Counted from the first letter of the stretch, positions 9,058 to 18,262 are shown. The stretch is 64,000 bases of DNA from Bacilli bacterium (GCA_017511375.1 JAFWKJ010000018.1:75115-139114), one strand, 5' to 3'. Program-made: numbers and translations. Notes: generated from the sequence alone by a model not told the origin.

Positions 9058-10104
9058 GTGGTTAATATGAATTATTATGCTATTAATTTATCTATTACAA
9101 TTTGTAGTTTTATATTTTATATTTTTTTGTTAATTATTTACTTTCATAAGAGTGCTAATTATAGTATTAAAAATATTGTTTTTAAAAGAATGATACTTGT
9201 AGGATTTGTTAGTTTCTTGTTTCATTTTGCCTTTATTCTTTTAAGTTGTTATTCTAAGAATTCTTTTTATATTGAATTATCTTGTAAAGGTATGATCCTT
9301 AGTCTTTTAATACAGTTATTATTATGGATTTATTATGTGATTATTCTTGTGTTTGAAAAGAATAGTACTGTTTCTAGTCTGATAAGACAAAATCATAGTA
9401 AGATTGATTTTATTTTACTTTTGATGATTGTTTCCGTTTCTGGAATAGAAATCTTTTTGCCAATTACTCTTTCTAAAAACTATAGTATTATTCAGATGTT
9501 TTCTAGTGCAGGAGTTGTTTTCCCTTATGTAATTGCGATACTTTTAACTTTTATTCCTATTCCTTGTATTATTTATCAAAGATGTTTTTCTCAAAAGAGT
9601 TTGTTGTCTTATTATCTCATTGATATTCTATTGATTTTATTTGCGGTTGTTACGTGGTTATATCCTATGCTTGTCTTAGGAGGATTTGTTATTACGATTA
9701 GTTATTATCTCATATATTATCGATTAGAGAATCCAGATATTGTTTATCTTCGTCGTTATTATAAAGATCATGAGAGATTGCGTTCTATGCATGAACAATA
9801 TGGTTTCTTATTTAATATGTCTCCTGAACTTAGAGATTTGTTAAATGAAATATCTTTTATGAAGGATAATTATTTAGTGGATGAGAAAAAACGTATTTCT
9901 AAAAAGAAGTTGGAGACTTTGATTTCTGATTTTGTGAAAAGTAGTGAAATTGGAGAAACTAAGAAGACCAATATTGATGATGATGGAATTGAAATTTTAG
10001 ATATGGAAGAAGATATTCCAGAAGAGATGTTGGTTACCAAAGAGATTTATTCTTTGCAGGAACTACAAGAAATATTAAAAGAGGATAATTTACCTAAGTG
10101 GTAA
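9058..10104 (+). CDS. Hypothetical polytopic membrane protein (about 8 TM) with an acidic cytoplasmic tail
   Basis: The N-terminal 230 aa are hydrophobic and AT-rich (FILLSCYSKNSFYIE and similar). The C-terminal roughly 110 aa are charged (EILDMEEDIPEEMLV). The RBS GAGGAG precedes the start. No recognisable catalytic motif was seen. Confidence 0.45.
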   Translation: MVNMNYYAINLSITICSFIFYIFLLIIYFHKSANYSIKNIVFKRMILVGFVSFLFHFAFILLSCYSKNSFYIELSCKGMILSLLIQLLLWIYYVIILVFEKNSTVSSLIRQNHSKIDFILLLMIVSVSGIEIFLPITLSKNYSIIQMFSSAGVVFPYVIAILLTFIPIPCIIYQRCFSQKSLLSYYLIDILLILFAVVTWLYPMLVLGGFVITISYYLIYYRLENPDIVYLRRYYKDHERLRSMHEQYGFLFNMSPELRDLLNEISFMKDNYLVDEKKRISKKKLETLISDFVKSSEIGETKKTNIDDDGIEILDMEEDIPEEMLVTKEIYSLQELQEILKEDNLPKW

Positions 10105-10136
10105 TCCTCTTTTTTTATGGAATAATATGATAGGAG

Positions 10137-10481
10137 GTGATTTTTGTTTCTATCTTTTCTTTATGGCTTATAGGAAGATTTTTAAAAGAAAAAGAATCTT
10201 CTTGTGGGAATATTCATCAGGTTTGTTCTAATTATTTGTCTTATTATTATGGAAATAGTTTTTGTTATTCATTGTCTCAAATTCGAAAGATGAAACAATT
10301 CTATTTATACTTTCCTATCTTTATAGAATGTATGAATCAAATTCGATGGAGTAGTTATCTTGAGTTACTAAAACTTCCTTCTAAGGAGTGTTATTTTTAT
10401 TATTCTTTATTATTGTTTTGTGGGGATGATTTATTAGAACTTAAAAGACTAATTTATAGTGATCTTTATATGAGAATATAA
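10137..10481 (+). pseudogene. Remnant of a DUF1016 (YhcG-type) nuclease gene, N-terminal fragment only
   Basis: The sequence YGNSFCYSLSQIRKMKQFYLYFP...IRWSSYLELLKLPSKECYFYYSLLL...LLELKRLIY parallels the DUF1016 N-terminal motifs (GKGFSxxNLxxMRxFY...LSWSHYxxLL...FY). Compare the second copy at 29140 (MRQFYLVFR...QLSWSHCRSLL). The C-terminal PD-(D/E)XK domain is absent. Confidence 0.4.
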
Positions 10482-10510
10482 AAGCAAGTAAATATTACTT
10501 GCTTTCTTTT
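10475..10510. terminator. Bidirectional rho-independent terminator (3' end of rnjA)
   Basis: The hairpin AAGCAAGTAAATATTACTTGCTT is flanked by A- and T-runs. Confidence 0.5.
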
Positions 10511-12180
10511 TTAATATCTAGAATGATTGGTAAAATAATTGGTTTTCTACCTGTTAGGTTATTGATAAATGGATATAAGGCTTCCGTAAGTTCACTCTTT
10601 AAGGTAGCAAATGTTGTTTTAGGATTTGCAAGAGAAGCTGTTGTTACTTCTTCTGCTTTATCTTCTATTTTGTGTATTAACTCCTCGTTTTCATTAACAA
10701 GAATGAATCCTCTTGTCGTAATATTTGGAGTAATAAGTAATTTTCTTTTTTTCATATCTACGTTGATTATAACAACTAATATTCCATCGTTTGCCATAAT
10801 TTTTCTATCTTTGATTACGGCACCACCAATTTCACCAATTCTGTTTCCATCTACGTAAATATCGGCTCCTGGTTTACTTTCTCCTCTTGTGAGAACGTGG
10901 TTCTTAAGATTTAAAGTATCTCCATTTTTTAAGATAAATGTGTTTTCTTTTGGTATTCCACAGTTTATTCCTATATTGGCTTGTTTTTTTAGCATTCTAT
11001 AGTCTCCATGGAATGGCATTAAATATTTTGGTTTAATTAAACGAATTAGTAATTTTATTTCTTCTTCATTGGCATGTCCAGAGGTATGTAAGTCCTGTAG
11101 TACATTGTTTGTATAGACTTTTACTCCTTGTAAGTATAGTTTGTTAATCGTTTTTGAAATACTTAAAGCATTTCCTGGAATAGCTGATGAAGAGAATATG
11201 ACTACATCATCTGGTCTTAATTTGATTTGTTTATGAGTCCCATTGGCAATTCTTGATAGCGCAGCTAATGGTTCTCCCTGTGTACCAGTACATAATATAG
11301 CTACTTCATTTGGTTTTAAATTGTTTGCTTCTTCTGGAGAAATAAGTAGTTCTTTATGATCAATATATCCTCCATTTAAGGAAATGTTTATATTATTCTC
11401 CATACTTCTACCAAAAATACATATCTTACGATTATGTTTGTAGCAGGTTTCAAAAATGTGTTTTACACGATAGATGTTTGATGCGAATGTTGCGATAATG
11501 ATACGGCTATTTTTCCATTCATCAAACATTTCTCCTAATGTTTCATCTACAACAGACTCACTATTAGAAAAGCCTTCATTTAGGGCGTTTGTAGAATCAC
11601 TTATTAATACATCTACTCCTTTTTCTCCTAGGGATGCCATTTTGTATAAATCAGCCATTGGTCCAATAGGAGTTAAATCAAATTTGTAATCTCCTGTTGT
11701 GACAATTCTTCCATCTGGTGTATTGATACTAATTCCATGAGAATCTGGAATAGAGTGTGTAATTCTAAAGAATTCTACTTCTATATCTTTAAATTTTAGT
11801 TTAGTTTGGTCGGTATATACGAATAGATTGTCATATCTAATATTTCGATCTTGTAATTTTACTGCGATTAATTCTTTGGCGTGATTAGGCGCATAGATGG
11901 CAGGTATATTTACGGATTGAAGTAGGAAAGGTATTCCTCCTATATGATCTTCATGTCCATGCGTAATAAGTAAAGCTTTTATTTTCTTTTCGTTTTCCTT
12001 TAAAAATGTAAAATCTGGTAGAACATAATCTACTCCCATGATTTCACTTTCTGGAAAACTAACACCGGCATCAATAATAATAATCGCGTCGTTATGCATT
12101 ACACAATACATATTTTTTCCGACTTCTCCTAAACCACCTAGAACAATAATTTTTGTTCCATTGGGTCCTTTTTGTTTCAT
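10495..12180 (-). CDS. rnjA: Ribonuclease J (RNase J1-like)
   Basis: The metallo-beta-lactamase motif HGHEDHIGG, a beta-CASP domain and the RNase J C-terminal domain are present. The RBS AAAGGAG precedes the ATG for MKQKGPNG at 12180. Confidence 0.93.
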   Translation of the reverse strand: MKQKGPNGTKIIVLGGLGEVGKNMYCVMHNDAIIIIDAGVSFPESEIMGVDYVLPDFTFLKENEKKIKALLITHGHEDHIGGIPFLLQSVNIPAIYAPNHAKELIAVKLQDRNIRYDNLFVYTDQTKLKFKDIEVEFFRITHSIPDSHGISINTPDGRIVTTGDYKFDLTPIGPMADLYKMASLGEKGVDVLISDSTNALNEGFSNSESVVDETLGEMFDEWKNSRIIIATFASNIYRVKHIFETCYKHNRKICIFGRSMENNINISLNGGYIDHKELLISPEEANNLKPNEVAILCTGTQGEPLAALSRIANGTHKQIKLRPDDVVIFSSSAIPGNALSISKTINKLYLQGVKVYTNNVLQDLHTSGHANEEEIKLLIRLIKPKYLMPFHGDYRMLKKQANIGINCGIPKENTFILKNGDTLNLKNHVLTRGESKPGADIYVDGNRIGEIGGAVIKDRKIMANDGILVVIINVDMKKRKLLITPNITTRGFILVNENEELIHKIEDKAEEVTTASLANPKTTFATLKSELTEALYPFINNLTGRKPIILPIILDIKKESK

Positions 12181-12252
12181 AATTTCTCCTTTCATTTCTT
12201 TTGTTTTTTATAAAGAACTAACTATGAAATTATACAATAATTTTAATGTTTT

Positions 12253-12300
12253 GTCTAGGTGCGGGAGAAAAGTTCCCTGCTTGATTGTCACTTTCTAGAC
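12253..12300. promoter_or_regulatory. 48-bp inverted repeat in the rnjA/ftsY divergent promoter region
   Basis: The repeat reads GTCTAGgtGCGGGAGAAAAGTTCCCTGCttgattgtcactttCTAGAC, with GTCTAG/CTAGAC arms and an inner GGGA/TCCC hairpin. It overlaps the predicted rnjA -35 on the minus strand (TAGACA, 17-nt spacer, TGTATAAT). Confidence 0.3.
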
Positions 12301-12371
12301 TTATGGTAAATACGATTTTGATTTGTTTACTTCAAATGGATGTTTTGTTATAATAAGTGTTGGTGATACCA

Positions 12372-13496
12372 ATGGGTTTATTTAACAAAATTAAAAATAT
12401 GTTTAAGTCTTATGAGGAGAATAAGATAGAAGAAAAAGAAGAGATTGTGGAAGAGGATGGTCTTAATCCTTTAGCAATTGATCAAGAGGAGCCTTCTGAA
12501 TCGGATGTTGTTGTGGAAGAGGCGCCTAAGAAGAAAGAGAAAAAGAAACTATTTAGTAAGAAAGAAGAAGAGAAGAAGTCTGTAAAAGTATATGAAAAAG
12601 GACTTACTAAATCTCGTCAAGGATTTGTATCTAAATTAGCTAGTTTAACGAATAAGTATAGTAAAGTAACAGAAGAATACTTTGAAGAATTAGAAGAGAT
12701 TCTTATTATGGCTGATATTGGTGTTAATACGGTTATGGAGTTTATGGATAGACTTAGAGACCGTGTTAGAAAAGAGAATATTATAGATCCATCTTTATTA
12801 AAAGAAATCATTGTAGATGAACTTTTTATCATTTATGTTAATGATGAAGTGTTAAGTAATAAAATTAACTATAGAGAAGAAGGCCCTACCATTATTCTAT
12901 TTGTGGGAGTTAATGGAGTAGGGAAAACGACTACGATTGCGAAACTTGCTCATAAGATGATTGATGAAGGTAAAAAGGTTCTCATGGTTGGAGCTGATAC
13001 CTTTAGAGCAGGAGCTGTGGAACAACTAAAAGAGTGGAGTGAAAAGGTAGGAGCTGGCTTCTATGGAAAAGAAGAAAGTGATCCTGCTAGTGTTGTATAT
13101 GATGGAATAGAACTTGCGCAAAAAGAAAAGTTTGATGTCGTAATGATTGATACGGCAGGCCGTCTACAAAATAAAGTAAACTTGATGAAAGAGTTAGAAA
13201 AGATTAATAAAGTTATTGAAGGTTTAGCAGGTTCTTGTGATGAAACTTTGTTAGTGATTGATGCTACTACGGGACAAAATGGTGTAAGCCAGGCTAAGGC
13301 TTTTAAGGAGATTACAAATATTACAGGGATAGTTCTTACTAAACTTGATGGAACGGCTAAAGGTGGAATTGTTTTGGCTATTAAAGAAAGTGTTGGGGTT
13401 CCTGTTAAGTATATTGGTCTTGGAGAAACAAAAGATGACTTACAAGTGTTTGATGTGGAAAAATATATATATGGTCTCTTTAAAGATATGATGTAG
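12372..13496 (+). CDS. ftsY: Signal recognition particle receptor FtsY
   Basis: An acidic N-terminal region is followed by the SRP54-type GTPase motifs GVNGVGKTTT and DTAGR. Confidence 0.93.
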   Translation: MGLFNKIKNMFKSYEENKIEEKEEIVEEDGLNPLAIDQEEPSESDVVVEEAPKKKEKKKLFSKKEEEKKSVKVYEKGLTKSRQGFVSKLASLTNKYSKVTEEYFEELEEILIMADIGVNTVMEFMDRLRDRVRKENIIDPSLLKEIIVDELFIIYVNDEVLSNKINYREEGPTIILFVGVNGVGKTTTIAKLAHKMIDEGKKVLMVGADTFRAGAVEQLKEWSEKVGAGFYGKEESDPASVVYDGIELAQKEKFDVVMIDTAGRLQNKVNLMKELEKINKVIEGLAGSCDETLLVIDATTGQNGVSQAKAFKEITNITGIVLTKLDGTAKGGIVLAIKESVGVPVKYIGLGETKDDLQVFDVEKYIYGLFKDMM

Positions 13497-13504
13497 GTGA
13501 TAGT

Positions 13505-13795
13505 ATGGAAGATATCGTTTATTATAGTGAACTATATGATATTTATGGAGGATTGCTTACAGAAAAACAAAAAAAGTACTTTGAAGATTATTATTTCCAT
13601 AATTTGAGTTTTGCTGAGATGGCAGAGGCTTATGAGGTAAGTCGTAATGCTGCTTTTAAACAAATTCATATCGTTCTTGATAAGTTGTGTGAATATGAAA
13701 AAATCTTACAATTAAAAGAGAAAAGAGAAAAAATTCTTTCTCTTGTGAAAGATTCTAAATTGCAAAAAGAATTAGAAGAAATCTTATACAAATAG
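13505..13795 (+). CDS. ylxM: YlxM/UPF0122 family putative HTH protein
   Basis: The sequence LTEKQKKYFEDYYFHNLSFAEMAEAYEVSRNAA resembles sigma-70 region 4. The gene sits between ftsY and ffh as in B. subtilis. Confidence 0.8.
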   Translation: MEDIVYYSELYDIYGGLLTEKQKKYFEDYYFHNLSFAEMAEAYEVSRNAAFKQIHIVLDKLCEYEKILQLKEKREKILSLVKDSKLQKELEEILYK

Positions 13796-13832
13796 ATTTC
13801 TTTTTTTGTGTTATACTTTGAATGGTGATTGT

Positions 13833-14501
13833 ATGTTAAGTATACTAGTGGGAATCTTTCCAGGAATCTTTTTTTCTATCTTATTTTTCTTACTGGATAA
13901 AAATCGAAAAGAAATCAAAATCCCTTATTTGTTGATGGCTTTTGTTGGAGGTTGTATTTCTTCTTACCTATGTTATCGATTGGAATGGCATTTTGGTTCT
14001 TATTTTAAGAAAGTAGCAGAGTCTAATCTCTTTGAAGTTTTCTTTTATGCTTTGTTTGGGGTGGCTATATTTGAAGAGGGTTCTAAATTGTTTTTTTCAA
14101 TTCTTTTTCTCTTTTTAAATCGAATCAAAAAGAAGACTAATATTATGACTTATTGTGTTATTACTTCTTGTGGATTTTTAGCTTTTGAAAATGCTGTTTT
14201 TTATGCTTCAAAATATGGTTTAAGTACTGCGATTAGTAGACTATTTACATCTTCTCCTAGTCATGTTTGTTTTGCTATTATGATGGGTTTAATTCTTAGT
14301 AGAAAAAAAGATTATAATTTAAAAGAGTTATGGATTGTATTCTTGGCATTATTCGTACCAAGTATTCTTCATGCTATCTACAATACGTTCTTATATCAGA
14401 AAATAGTTTCTTTGTATGTTTATACGTATTCATTTTTAGCTATTTTAGTGATTCTTTGTACTATGGTTGTTTATAAAGTATATTTTCAAGAAAATAATTA
14501 G
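13833..14501 (+). CDS. PrsW-family (CPBP-like) intramembrane metalloprotease
   Basis: The protein is polytopic membrane and carries the PrsW signature motifs EEGSK (EExxK), FLAFENAV (FxxxE/N), a buried His (SPSHVCF) and HAIYN (HxxxN). The RBS GGTGA precedes the ATG at 13833. Confidence 0.6.
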   Translation: MLSILVGIFPGIFFSILFFLLDKNRKEIKIPYLLMAFVGGCISSYLCYRLEWHFGSYFKKVAESNLFEVFFYALFGVAIFEEGSKLFFSILFLFLNRIKKKTNIMTYCVITSCGFLAFENAVFYASKYGLSTAISRLFTSSPSHVCFAIMMGLILSRKKDYNLKELWIVFLALFVPSILHAIYNTFLYQKIVSLYVYTYSFLAILVILCTMVVYKVYFQENN

Positions 14502-14579
14502 TTTATTTTCTTGTAATTGACTACTAGATTTAGTATAATTAGTTTTAGAATAGGATTATTAGGATAAAGAGGGATAATT

Positions 14580-16847
14580 ATGTTTGATAAAATTACCTAT
14601 ATTAGTAATGATGGTTGTAATGTAAAGCTTAAAGAAGGTGTGGATGTTACTCAAAACTTGATGAACATGCACTTGATTTTTGAAGATTCAACTAAAAAAG
14701 TATTAGGAGAAGTAGATGACTTAGATGGTGGCGTTCTAAAGGCTCATTTCTTGGGTGAAATAGAAGGAAACCGTTTGATTGGTGGTACGATTCGTAAGCC
14801 AACTATGGACGCGAAAGTGCGTATTATTGATCGCTCTGAAATTCCTATGATTACTGGTACAGATGCTAATGGTTGGATGAAATTGGGAGTAAGCCCTTTC
14901 TATGATGGATTCCCTGTTTATTTGGACGTTAATAATTTTTTCAGTAACCATTTTGCTATTTTTGGTAACACTGGTTCTGGTAAATCTTGTGGTGTTTCAA
15001 GACTTTTCCAAAACATGTTTCAAGATGCAAGATTAAATCCATATAAAGCAAATATATTTATCTTTGATTCTTCAGGTGAGTACTACAATGCTTTTAGTAA
15101 TTTAAATCAAATTAATAGTGAATTTAATTATCGTTTCTATAGTACAAATGAAGTAGATGGACAAGGAGAAAAATTACGTTTACCTGTTTATTTATTAAAT
15201 AAAGATGATTTAGCTTTGTTATTACAATGTACTTCTCATTCTCAATTACCAATTATTGAGAGAATGTTAAAGTTAGCTCTAGTTTTTAGTCAAAATGATA
15301 TGGACGCTAATGCTTATAAAAACCATTTGATTGCAAAAGCTATTATGTCTATTTTATATACCAATGAAACAGCTCCTAATAAGAGAAATGAAATCTTTTC
15401 AATTTTAGGGTCTTGTTCTACAGATGAGTTTAATTTAGAGGCTCCTGTTCAAGGAATTGGTTATGTTCGTAAGTTTAGAGAGTGTTTCTTAATTGATAAT
15501 ACAGGTAACTTTTCTGAAAGAGTTCTTCTTACAGAATATGTTAATTCCTTTATTAAAGAAGAGTTTGATGATTATGAACCTCATACAGGTGTTTATTATA
15601 ATCTTGATACCTTAGAGAAAGCTTTAAACTTTACTTTGATTAGTGAAGGTTGGTTAAGAAATGAACAAACTTATGGTGATTCTGTTACATTAAGAGTTCG
15701 TCTTCATTCTTTGATTGTTGGAGATAATGCTAAATACTTTGATGTAAAAGAATATGTTTCTTTAGAGACGTACTTATCTTCTCTTATTATTCATAAGGGA
15801 AAGAAATATCAAATTGTTAATATTAACTTAAGCGATATTGATGATGAGTTTGCTAAAGTATTAACTAAGATTTATTCTCGTTTAATATTTGATTTTGCTA
15901 AAGGATTGAAAAATAGAGGTAGTATACCTTTCCATATTATTTTGGAAGAGGCTCACCGTTATATTCAAGCTGATCATGATAGATTCTTATTTGGATACAA
16001 TGTATTTGAAAGAATTGCTAAGGAAGGTCGTAAGTACGGTGTTATCTTAGGAATTATTACACAAAGACCGGTTGAACTTTCTGATAACGTTATTTCTCAG
16101 TGTACCAATTTCTTAATCTTTAAGATTAACCACCCTATGGATATTAAATATATTCGAGAGATGGTGCCGCATATTACGGATGAGATTATTGAAAAGCAAA
16201 AATCATTACAACCAGGTACTTGTTTAGGATTTGGACTTGGATTTAAAATTCCATTGATTGTTAAAATGGAAATGCCTAATCCATCTCCTTTATCAGGAAA
16301 CTGTGATGTTGTTAATATTTGGTGTGGTAGTGGATCTTCTGCTAGAGTTTCAGCACCTACTGTTCCAGAACCTGTTATTGAAGAAAATGCTGGATTTAAA
16401 GAACCTGCTCCTATTGCATTAGATACGCCAGCCTATGAACCTTCTGCTCCTGTAATGGAAGCAAAGGCTCCAACTATGGAGGCATCGGCTCCTGTTGTGG
16501 ATCTTTCTATTCCTGAGGCAAAGAAAGAACCAGAACCTATTATGAGTCCTGTTCCAGAAGTCCTTGCTCAAGCATCTTCTATTACGGATGAAGTAGTACA
16601 AGGTGATACAAATGATGATCATGGTGATGATGGGGAATATTTCCAATCTTCTCCTGAATTAGCCCCTCAGTTTTCACCAATAGAGGCGGATAAGATAGAA
16701 GTTGGAAATAAAATTCCTTCTTTGGATTCGGCTCCTGAGATTGCAGATTCTTATGATTTATCTAATGGGGTGACTTCTTTAACTTCTGACTTATTAAATT
16801 TGAATTTAGATGACGGGGCAGATGATTCTGCAGAAAGTTTTGCATAA
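14580..16847 (+). CDS. HerA/FtsK-superfamily ATPase (DUF87-type) with a C-terminal Pro/Ala/Glu-rich disordered tail
   Basis: Walker A is GNTGSGKS and Walker B is IILEEAHRY. A TQRP motif (GIITQRPVEL) is present and the N-terminus is HAS-barrel-like. The last roughly 190 aa are low-complexity acidic repeats of the form APxMEAxAP. Confidence 0.75.
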   Translation: MFDKITYISNDGCNVKLKEGVDVTQNLMNMHLIFEDSTKKVLGEVDDLDGGVLKAHFLGEIEGNRLIGGTIRKPTMDAKVRIIDRSEIPMITGTDANGWMKLGVSPFYDGFPVYLDVNNFFSNHFAIFGNTGSGKSCGVSRLFQNMFQDARLNPYKANIFIFDSSGEYYNAFSNLNQINSEFNYRFYSTNEVDGQGEKLRLPVYLLNKDDLALLLQCTSHSQLPIIERMLKLALVFSQNDMDANAYKNHLIAKAIMSILYTNETAPNKRNEIFSILGSCSTDEFNLEAPVQGIGYVRKFRECFLIDNTGNFSERVLLTEYVNSFIKEEFDDYEPHTGVYYNLDTLEKALNFTLISEGWLRNEQTYGDSVTLRVRLHSLIVGDNAKYFDVKEYVSLETYLSSLIIHKGKKYQIVNINLSDIDDEFAKVLTKIYSRLIFDFAKGLKNRGSIPFHIILEEAHRYIQADHDRFLFGYNVFERIAKEGRKYGVILGIITQRPVELSDNVISQCTNFLIFKINHPMDIKYIREMVPHITDEIIEKQKSLQPGTCLGFGLGFKIPLIVKMEMPNPSPLSGNCDVVNIWCGSGSSARVSAPTVPEPVIEENAGFKEPAPIALDTPAYEPSAPVMEAKAPTMEASAPVVDLSIPEAKKEPEPIMSPVPEVLAQASSITDEVVQGDTNDDHGDDGEYFQSSPELAPQFSPIEADKIEVGNKIPSLDSAPEIADSYDLSNGVTSLTSDLLNLNLDDGADDSAESFA

Positions 16848-16848
16848 A

Positions 16849-16877
16849 ATAGTGATTTATCACTATTTTTTTTGTCT
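16849..16877 (+). terminator. Rho-independent terminator
   Basis: The hairpin ATAGTGATTTATCACTAT is followed by TTTTTTTT. Confidence 0.55.
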
Positions 16878-16917
16878 CGCTATGATTTCTTTGTTATAAT
16901 AGTGCATAGGTGATATT

Positions 16918-18225
16918 ATGTTTGAAAGTTTAGGAGACCGTTTGCAAAATGCACTTCATAAGATAAAAGGTTATGGAAAAATCACAGAAGATAACATTTC
17001 TGATATGATGCGAGAAATTCGTCTTGCATTATTGGAAGCTGATGTTAATTATAAAGTTGTAAAAGAATTTACAAATACAGTGAAAGAAAAGGCTTTGGGA
17101 GAAGAAGTAGCTTCTAGTATCAATCCAGGTGATTTATTTGTTAAAATCGTTAAAGATGAGTTAACTGAATTGTTAGGTGGGGAAAGTGAACCACTTAATA
17201 TGAAAGGAGACCCTGCTACTTTGATGCTTGTTGGTCTTCAAGGTTCTGGTAAAACAACTACGGCAGGAAAACTAGCTAATTTCTTAAGAAAGAAACATAG
17301 TAAAAAGCCTTTATTAGTTGCTTGTGATGTTTATAGACCGGCTGCTATTGATCAGTTGAAACAACTTGGAAAACAATTAGGAATTGAAGTCTATGATGAA
17401 GGGAAAAAAGATCCTGTAGAAATATCAAAGAATGCTATTACTTATGCCAAAGAGAACAAATACGATTATGTTTTGATTGATACCGCTGGACGTTTGCATG
17501 TTGACGATGAGCTAATGGATGAGTTGGATCGTATTCGTAAGGAAATTAACCCTGATGAAATATTATTAGTGATTGATTCTATGATGGGACAAGATGCGAT
17601 TAATGTTATTACTGGATTTCATGATAAATTACCACTTACGGGTGTTATTCTTACAAAATTAGATGGAGATACCAGAGGTGGTGTTGCTTTATCTGTTCGT
17701 CATTTAACGCATGTTCCTATTAAGTTTGTAGGTGTTTCTGAAAAACTTGATGGTTTAGATTCTTTTGATCCTGAAAGAATGGCTGGCAGAATTCTAGGAA
17801 TGGGAGATATCATCTCTTTAGTTGAGAAAGCAACAGAGTCTATTGATGAAGCTGAAGCAGAAAAAACAGCCAAGAGAATGCAACAAGGAAAATATGATTT
17901 AGAAGACTTTTTATCCACAATGAAGCAAATAAAAAAACTGGGACCATTAGAAAATTTAATTAAAATGATCCCAGGGGCTAAAAAGATGGGATTAACGGAT
18001 GTGAAAATTGATCCAAAACAGATGTCTCATATAGAGGCCATTGTTTTGTCCATGACTCCTAAAGAAAGAAGAAATCCTGATATAATAAAAGCCAGTCGTA
18101 AAACAAGAATTGCGGCTGGATCTGGTACTTCTGTTCAAGAGGTTAATAAATTACTTCAACAGTTTGAACAAATGAAAAAAACAATGAAACAATTAAGTAA
18201 TGGAAATTTGAAGATGCCATTTTAA
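16918..18225 (+). CDS. ffh: Signal recognition particle protein Ffh
   Basis: The N domain, the G domain (GLQGSGKTTT, DTAGR) and the Met-rich M domain are all present. Confidence 0.95.
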   Translation: MFESLGDRLQNALHKIKGYGKITEDNISDMMREIRLALLEADVNYKVVKEFTNTVKEKALGEEVASSINPGDLFVKIVKDELTELLGGESEPLNMKGDPATLMLVGLQGSGKTTTAGKLANFLRKKHSKKPLLVACDVYRPAAIDQLKQLGKQLGIEVYDEGKKDPVEISKNAITYAKENKYDYVLIDTAGRLHVDDELMDELDRIRKEINPDEILLVIDSMMGQDAINVITGFHDKLPLTGVILTKLDGDTRGGVALSVRHLTHVPIKFVGVSEKLDGLDSFDPERMAGRILGMGDIISLVEKATESIDEAEAEKTAKRMQQGKYDLEDFLSTMKQIKKLGPLENLIKMIPGAKKMGLTDVKIDPKQMSHIEAIVLSMTPKERRNPDIIKASRKTRIAAGSGTSVQEVNKLLQQFEQMKKTMKQLSNGNLKMPF

Positions 18226-18227
18226 AA

Positions 18228-18262
18228 AAAACAAATGCTTTTGCATTTGTTTTATTATTGTT
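18228..18262. terminator. Bidirectional terminator between ffh and a convergent gene
   Basis: The hairpin AAACAAATGCTTTTGCATTTGTTT is present. Confidence 0.5.

Noticed and set aside
10499-12298. Plus-strand ORFs 10499-10858, 11474-11689 and 12038-12298 overlapping rnjA
   Set aside because: They are antisense to RNase J and their low-complexity hydrophobic translations are typical of the reverse strand of AT-rich coding DNA.
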